From Azolla caroliniana (lineage: Eukaryota > Plantae > Polypodiophyta), in the NCBI GenBank assembly GCA_043228905.1, contig JBHGNT010000710.1, positions 1 through 17,052 on the forward strand: a DNA stretch of 17,052 bases, given 5' to 3'. The notes under the pieces are model-generated. The model was not told where the DNA came from, searched no databases, and saw only the letters and a program-made list of their open reading frames with translations. The first letter of the stretch is position 1; every line of letters starts with the position of its first letter. Positions 9,553 to 17,052 of the stretch are shown here, piece after piece. The position numbers were made by a program, and so were the translations under genes.

Positions 9553-12309
9553 ACAGTTTTTTGTTCATTTTTTAACTGATAAAAAATAAAACAATAGACA
9601 CCTTAAGTCTTTTCTTTTTTTATTAATTTGTTATAGAATTTTTCTATGAACCACCTTACTACGTTTGTGGTTTTCACGATAATTACTTATATATTTGTTC
9701 CAATTTTCTTTTATGCGGTTCTTATATAATTAATTTGTTCATTTCTTACAGTAAATTACATTTTCTCATTAATATTTAATTATTAGGATACGAATAATTG
9801 GCAGATTTACCAACTAACTCTAAATGCTACGATATTGTCAGGCATAATATTTATGTTGGACCCACCCAGGCAAAAATATAATTAATTTGATAAAAATGAT
9901 AGTCTTTAAAACCATAGAAGGTATCAAAAAAATACCAGCCTACAATCAAAAATAAACCGGCATTATCAAACAATTTGTTTAGAATGATATTTTAGTACGT
10001 TCTGATTTAAGTATCAAATTCTAGTCGAAAAAGCTGGAAAAGTAGTGTGTCTATTTATTCAGTTAAAATCCTAAAACTAAGTACTTATTTTTTAGGACAT
10101 CTGTATTTATTTTTAAAATAATACCGGGCGTTTTTATCCTAGTTTGGTTTAAACCTCCACATGAATTAAAACAAAATCACTTAAACACCAAGCCAACCCT
10201 GAAAGAAAACAGTAATAGAAACCATTGTTCCGGTTTGTTTCAATTTTTACTAAATAATTTGTTTATATTATATCCCATAACAACATTTTTTGCCGCTTGG
10301 TTGGCATTGCTGCTAAATCAATGATTATTTATCTACAAATTTATCTTGACCCTCGTATCATTCTTCATTATATAAGAGTTAAAGATCAACATTAATAAAT
10401 GTCAATTACCATTATTAGCGAAAATACTAGTTGATGATACATCTCGTACCGTAGAACAATATCGAAGGAAGTATGTTTTTCTTCGAATGCGCAATTGTCT
10501 ATTATGAAAATGGAATAGGAATATTATTACGACAGAAAATAATAAATAACAACCATACAGTTTATTGAACTGCATCGACCATTGTATTCGTGAGAATCCT
10601 ACGTGTGCAATTATTTCTTGTAAACGGTTTTGATGCAAGCTGTTTGTGTTATTCGGCGCGTGTAATGGCTTTAAACAATAAAATAAAATAGGTGTAATTG
10701 AGTCTGCATAAAATTACTATTTACCTGGAGATAAAAAACATAGTAAAAGTTTTGAAATTTGTGTTTAATGTAATAATTTTAAGCATGTTGTATTAACGTT
10801 AAAAGTAAATTTCGTTTTTAATATGATTAGGTATTTTATCGGAAAAATATTTGCTGTGCCTCCAGAATCTTGACAACTTAAAAAAAAACCATTCCCATTA
10901 TATGTTAACAAAAAGAAAATATTTTCATTTTTTTGTTTGTTCCGGTTTAACCAACTAAGACTACATCTTTCCTTTTTGGAATTAACCTACAAATACCTTT
11001 TTGTTTTATCGTTTAATGGTCATATACCTAAAAAAGAAGAATTGTGACAGACATTTATTTATTTCAGTCATCAGAATAACGTTTTGGAAAATACTTAAAA
11101 TTTAAAACTTCTACTTTATCGCAAAAATGTAACTAGGTAGATAAAAAAGTCACATAGAAAAGTTTTAAGCAAAACAAATAAATTGTTTTTTGGGCTAAAA
11201 GATACAGCATAGATGAAGCATTTACCAGATAGTTTCCATTATGATTATTATAAAGATCATGAGATTTTACCAGATAGAAATCTATGTAAGTGTTTTACAA
11301 GACTACTTTTTCTCGGCGCCAGTAGTTTTTCTGGTAAAACTTTGTGAAATAAAATTTTGCGCAAACACTTTTAAATTAGATACACTAACTGAATATAAGG
11401 TTTATTGATTTTTTTCCATAAAATCTATCAGATAATTTAAAATATTTGTTCGTAAGACGCGTTTCTCCGAGAAACTTAAACACATTCAATATATATCACA
11501 GCACGAACGCTCAAAAAGAAGATTACTAGACGGATAATGGAATATTCTGATATTGTCTAGCAGCATGATCCCTCTATCATTATTTCGTATTCTGTTCTCG
11601 GCGAATTGGATTTTAAACTTTGACTTTTGCTATTCGTGCGATCAAACACAAAAATAGATAAATAGAAAATTGTATTATAGATATATTTTCCCACCAAAAT
11701 ACCTCAAACGGGATGTAAAAGGCAATATTCAAATAGATTAAATTTAATTCGGTATACATAAAGGGATACGTCAATAAATACAAAAATAATGTTTAAAATA
11801 TGGAATGCTACCCATGCTAAGATTTAGATATGTCCTACCGAAAAATCGAGCTAGAAAAGTCAATATTAGTGTTTTATGCAGGCTGCAAGACTCCACAAAT
11901 ATTTCAATCAGATTTAGGAGTAACTTTTTTGGAACCGCACTTTGTCGACAATATTTTGTTGAAATATACTACGTATTTACTTTATATGCACGTTGCCTTT
12001 AAAATTATAATAATAAATATTTAATGGGAATATTTTTTCTACTTGAAGAGTGTAAAACGGCATTGAAAATTTCCAACAATACTGTGAGCCTAACCTAAAT
12101 TTTAAAGCTGCATTATTCGATACTACAAAAAATAATTATCAGAAAAGCCTTCATAGAATAAAAACATGCTTGTACCTTAAACAAATTTTGAAAACAAGTA
12201 AAATTAATTTCCACTGCTAATTTTTAAATAATCGCTTCATTATGACCAAGTGTTCTATTATATTTTGGTATACATTCTTGCTAAAATATATACATATATA
12301 TTTTCCAAA

Positions 12310-12424
12310 AATCAGAATATTGGTAGAAAACCAAATCTTTATTCGTGAGATTTCATCCCAACGACGTCTTAAGACTGGTTTCGAACTACAGTTCTCATCA
12401 GGTAGATGGCGCGTCAGACTAATT
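12310..12424 (-). repeat. Copy E of the dispersed repeat: ribozyme and tail on - (12310-12402), fused to an oppositely oriented piece on + (12401-12424)
   Basis: The minus strand reads CTGATGAGAACTGTAGTTCGAAACCAGTCTTAAGACG..GATGAAATCTCACG AATAAA GATTTGGTTTTCTACCAA, which aligns with 9462-9550. The plus strand at 12401-12424 reads ggtagatggcgcgtcagactaatt. Confidence 0.85.
12368..12406 (-). ncRNA. Minimal type I hammerhead ribozyme motif
   Basis: The elements are CUGAUGA (12401-12395), stem II GAAC/UGUA/GUUC, GAAA (12382-12379), a very short helix III and the cleavage triplet GUC ending at 12373. The core is intact, but stem I pairing is poor in this copy. Confidence 0.75.
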
Positions 12425-14421
12425 ATGATTATATATATTTTTTCTTATATTTTAAAGCATAAGAGACTAAAAAAAGTTAAAGTAAAATAGCTTTTACATA
12501 ATTAATTACTCAGAGTTCGGGCTATCCAAAGACCTAAGTTGACTAACTCCAAATAATTACACCATATATTAATATATGTTTTGGTGTAAGAATAAACCCA
12601 AAATAATTTGTTAACTTCTTGATTAATTTAGTTTATGTTATAAATTTTAATGCCCATGCCATCACAGCGATGGAATCATATAAATCTAATCTTTGGTAGA
12701 TGAATATACAAATTACAAATGGGTAAATCATAAATTTACATTCGATAATATAAGAATTTACTTCTTTAAGATTTAACAATGGTTAAATGGTTACGCAATC
12801 GAGTATGTGATACTCATGGACATTAAGAAAAATATGACCTAATGCTACATATCCATGTCAATGACTCTCAAACTTAAAACCTGCTGCATAAAATGCATAG
12901 TTGAATAGACATTGTCTATTCAGAGACTCACTTTATATAATAAAACCTATTATTACAATGTGTATTTAATTTTTCTTTATATACAAACGGTATCATTAGT
13001 TTCAGAAAAATATGTTTGGCCTATACCTAAAATTGGTTTGAAATTTACCAAACATGTTTACATTGTATATTAAAGTATAACCGACAGTTTTACAGTTACC
13101 AAGAGACAACAAAACCAAGTATATATTTACTGTTAAATTTATAAGGCTGTCTTAAAGCAATAACATCCTTTTAATGATGTTTTCTTTTTAACGCAAAACA
13201 CAAATGATTTTGATATATGCATGGAGGGTCGCATCTATAACTAATTTCCGCCAGACGTCATGCAGAAGTTTTGCCATTCTGTTGTAGTTAATGGATCTGA
13301 AACGAGCATTGAAAAATATACTATGAGATGAAATCCATTGAGGTGGAAACTGGAAGGAAGGCACCTCCCTAAAGTTCAATTTTAAAGTAGAGTGTTCTAT
13401 TATTAAAATAGCTAAATTAAAATTCATAAAGAAACAACTTAACAACTTCATTTTGAAAGTAAAAAACTTTAAAACGTTAAACCACATCGTTATACTGAAA
13501 TAAAATTAATAGTCTTCTAGGGACAAGAATTTTGTATATCTTAAAGGCCATTTTTCTGTATAGTAAACTAACTAAAATATTTAAAAGGTTGAATGTTTTT
13601 TAATCATGTTAGGTTGTTAGTTGATTATGGGGTTTAGTCTTAACAGTCTTAGTATAATAATATAATTGAATATTACTAAATTATTTTAAAACTCCTTTAC
13701 AGAGCTGATGTTATACTTGAAAAGCCCCATATTAGATGCAATCACTTATTAGTTTTACTTTTTATATATTCAAAACAATCTTTTACTTATTGTTTCACTT
13801 AATAGTGTGGGACATCTATTCCAATGCCAAAGAACCACTTTTCCAAATTGCCGAGACAAATAGACAAAAACATGTTTTACTTAAAATTTCTATTTCATAA
13901 AAAAACCTACTTTAGAATTTTTATATAATATGAGATATTTCTAAATGAAAAAGTTACATGTTGATAATCCTGCAGAGTGGCATCAATCCCTAATATAGCT
14001 TTTATGATACAGCCTAATTTCTTACGTAGGTAATAAACAACGATTATATTAAGAAAATAATTAGAAATTAAATTTCAACGCCGCCAAAACAACATCTTTC
14101 AACCGTCCATGATCCGAAGCGTTTTCTGCCTCATCATTTTCAAATAAAGCCACCATACGAACTTGCGATAGGGGAGACGGAGCCCTATACAATCCCGAAA
14201 GTTGGCGGTTAACATAAAGGAATTATAGGGGTGAAACTTTGAATCAAATGATGCCGACGTAATAATTGCTCTTCGTTTCATAAGTGTTAACCATTTTCTC
14301 CCCCTGTTTTATCCGGCCTCTCGTTTCAAAGTGAGGGATTTTAACTTTTTTTTTAATTGAGTTAAGAACGAGCTACTTAATGTTTAATATGATATAACTA
14401 ACATGTCGGAATCTAACAAAC

Positions 14422-14468
14422 ATTATTTTTATCTAACAGTTAGATAAAAATAATAATAATAATAATAA
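14422..14468. repeat. Perfect 16-bp inverted repeat running into an (AAT)n microsatellite
   Basis: The sequence is attatttttatctaac (14422-14437), a single a, then gttagataaaaataat (14439-14454), followed by aat repeats. Confidence 0.85.
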
Positions 14469-14569
14469 GTTCTTTATTTAATTATACAAAATAATGTATA
14501 TAAGATTGGTAATAATTATTGAATTTATTATTTTTAAAACTATATCCTCACGAAGAAGTTTATCGTATT

Positions 14570-15870
14570 ACACTTTCGATCTCAAAAAGGACTCAAGCGG
14601 ATTTGATAACATTCCTTGTTCGATTTTGAAGCACGTTGCTGAATACATAGTTGAACCAATGACGCATTTGGTAATTTTTTCTTTTATTGAAGGAGTATTC
14701 TCAAGCATTTTAAAACAAACTACAATTAAACCCCATACTTAAAAAAGGCGATACACACGAATTTTCTAATTACAGAGGTATTACCTTGCTTTCCATCTTT
14801 TCTAAAATTTTCGAAAAAGTGTTTTTCGATCAATTAGTATCCTTTCTGGAAAAGAACTATTTTTTTTATAAAGAATCACTTGGGATTCCGTAAAGGAGTT
14901 TCTACTCAACAGGCAATTATCACACTTTGTAATGAAATTCTAGAAAATATTGACAGGGGCGATCATATAGCTGGATTGTTTTTTGGCCTTAAAAGAACAT
15001 TTGAGGTAATGAACATAGATTTATTACTCTTAAAACTATATAGATGTGGCATTCGTGGAAATGGCCACAGTTAGCTCAGGGCATTTTTGACAGATCGTAC
15101 GCAAAGGGTACTTTTGAGGCGCGATGGTATGGAATACTCGTCAGAATTAAAGAAGGTAAGTAGTGGTGTACTGCAGGGAAGTTAGCTGGGACCCCTGATA
15201 TTTATTATTTTATAAATGATACTGCCTCCGATGGGCTCGGCGATTCCTATATATCTTTTTTTGCAGGCGATGCAATAGTCGCCTGTTCGGGTAATAATTT
15301 CGATTACATCAGCAAGAGCGCAAATAACGCGGTTTTAAATATGCAGGATTATTGTCATAAAAATAGCTTATTAAACCATGAAAAACCCGAAATGGTAGTT
15401 TTTTCTTTAAGAGACCTAAATAAATGTCTTCTGGTGATATTTAATACTGAGACACTTGAACAGAAATGCGTAATTAAGTATCTTGGCGTTTATACAGATA
15501 GCAAACTTTCATGGACTATTCAGGTTAACCATGTCTTAAAAAATTGGGTACTAACTCTTTCGTTAGTTGCCAAATTCGTTCCAAAGTTGGTGTTAATCTC
15601 TTAAAACTATACTACTTTTCCTACATTCATTTGTGTCTGTCATACTTTATACAGTTTAGAAATACTTGGATAATCCAATTAATTAAAAATTGTTTTTGAA
15701 TCTGCTGGGGACGTCTATTGGATAAAAGTGATAATATGTGTTATATTTTATATTTCCATCCCATTGTTTTTTATACCTATTTTAGTTTTTAAGGATTGAC
15801 AATATTCAATACTTATTTGTATATAAGTCTATGGAAAATAAAGAGTATTTTATTTTATTTTGTTTTTATT
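14570..15870 (+). mobile_element. Decayed, 5'-truncated non-LTR retrotransposon (CR1/L2 group), reverse transcriptase region with 3' tail
   Basis: Motifs occur in order across frameshifts: SSGFDNIP..ILK, KKGD...NYRGITLLSIFSKIFEK, GFRKGVST, LLLKLYRCGIRG, FLTDRTQRV, SGVLQGS*LGPLIFIIFIND, FAGD (decayed FADD, 15260-15271) and KYLGVYTDSKLSW. It ends with AATAAA and an (ATTTT)n-like tail at ~15837-15870. It accounts for ORFs 14494, 14880 and 15341. Confidence 0.92.
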
Positions 15871-17052
15871 ATATTCTATAAGTATCACGGTTCTAGCACT
15901 TACTTAAGGTAGAATTTGCATTTGAAGAGTGACATACAGAAATGCGTCAGTGGGGTCCCTATCAAACCCCAATGTACCGTCAATGGAAATATCCAAAAGA
16001 ACTAAAATTTCAGTAAGAAAAAAATAGAGTAAGACTCCTGTGGGCAATGTGGACCTTTAGGATAACGCAATTAAAAAGCGGATAAGAAATTGATTTGTGG
16101 TTATCACAAAAGAATCAGCCAGAAATTGACAAAACTGTCATTTTTAAAACTGTTTTTTTTGTAACACTTTAATCTTAGCTTTAGTAGAACGAGTTTTTAG
16201 TGTATGTGTTGCATTTTTACTTAAAAAAACAAAGAGGAAGTAGAAAAAGCTAATAAATTAGTGTTTTCATTTAAAAATTATACAGGAAATTTTCTTGACA
16301 AGTAATTTAGTTACAAGAAAACTTAAAACTCTTTTAAATACCTATTTCGATCCTGCATACAGGTTTTCTTATTATTCTCATATATAATGACCTACCTAAT
16401 TCGAACACAGGGATTTAGTCACCGACGGTAAAAATATTATATCTTCACGAATACAACACTTAGAAGAGAAGTGCAAAATCCGTACTCCGCCCCTGCATAA
16501 GGCATTTTTCCTCATTGTTCTCCACGTTCCCTACATCATTACCCGTCGCCTTTTTCTCGTCTTTCGTGTACCGTCGAGCCGATAATTACATGGCGATCAG
16601 GCGAACGACCAAGTGAAATATTTAATCGGGCTCCGCTTTTGTTCTTCGACCTTATTGAGCTAATGTCGATGGATATTGTTTCCGTAAAAAAACGCTAAAG
16701 AAAGAATGCCGTTTTAAATTGAATTTATTAAGTTTCAAGCGCGACATTGTGCATTTTATTACAGCTAATTAGTTTTAGCGCTTTAAGCTCAAAGACATTT
16801 GAATTCCTCATAAAATAATTTGATTTTAGTCCCCCTCAGAAAAGTTCACAAATGGCAAGTTAATGTTTCCTTTACTTGCACCGTTTAATATTTATTTTTA
16901 ACTACCAACAGAATGACATAGAGTGAAAAGTAAATTTTAAAATAGCGAAAGATTGATGTTAATCGTAAAAAAAAATTTAATTTACATCATTAGTTTTATT
17001 AGGAAATCAAGCCTAAATTATCTTCTTGATTGTGACAAAGTATAAAGCATGT

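Noticed and set aside
10430-10455. Minus-strand YEM codons, a candidate for the groucho YYEMSYGLN exon
   Set aside because: The flanking codons do not match, there are no splice sites, and it lies on the wrong side of the identified exon.
11055-11080. CTGATGA..GAAA on the minus strand
   Set aside because: Only 2 nt separate the motifs, so no stem II can form. It is a chance match.
12242-12490. 82-aa ORF
   Set aside because: It is an AT-rich reading frame crossing repeat copy E, with no protein motif.
12450-12700. Minus-strand YFGFI..YGVIIW, resembling a CR1-group ORF2 C-terminus
   Set aside because: It is a single short, degenerate motif, which is not enough to call an element.
12902-12922. 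10-bp perfect inverted repeat tgaatagaca-t-tgtctattca
   Set aside because: It is short and isolated, with no associated element ends or other support.
15920-16030. SNPNVPSMEISKRTKISVR, resembling a Tc1/mariner HTH segment
   Set aside because: It is too short, and no TIR or DDE/D motif was found nearby.
1-17052. Prokaryotic systems (CRISPR array, operons, retron)
   Set aside because: There is no regular repeat-spacer array and no gene-dense coding. The RT fragments are eukaryotic LINE type, and a spliceosomal exon is present.

Overview
AT-rich eukaryotic, probably insect, genomic DNA that lies almost entirely within two large introns of a minus-strand groucho/TLE co-repressor gene. The only exon found is 64 nt long (9164-9227, -), has canonical splice sites, encodes [21 protein letters not shown] and is missing from the ORF track. 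The introns hold decayed mobile DNA: two fragments of one mariner family (mellifera-like), two CR1/L2-group LINE reverse transcriptase remnants and a block of internal repeats. The most notable feature is a ~340-nt dispersed repeat family present in five partial copies. It carries a minimal type I hammerhead ribozyme (CUGAUGA-stem II-GAAA-CCGG-UH) followed by AATAAA, as in Penelope-like elements and retrozymes. One copy with an intact catalytic core is in the sense orientation of the groucho pre-mRNA, and two inverted copies bracket the exon. The listed ORFs are either LINE fragments or appear spurious.
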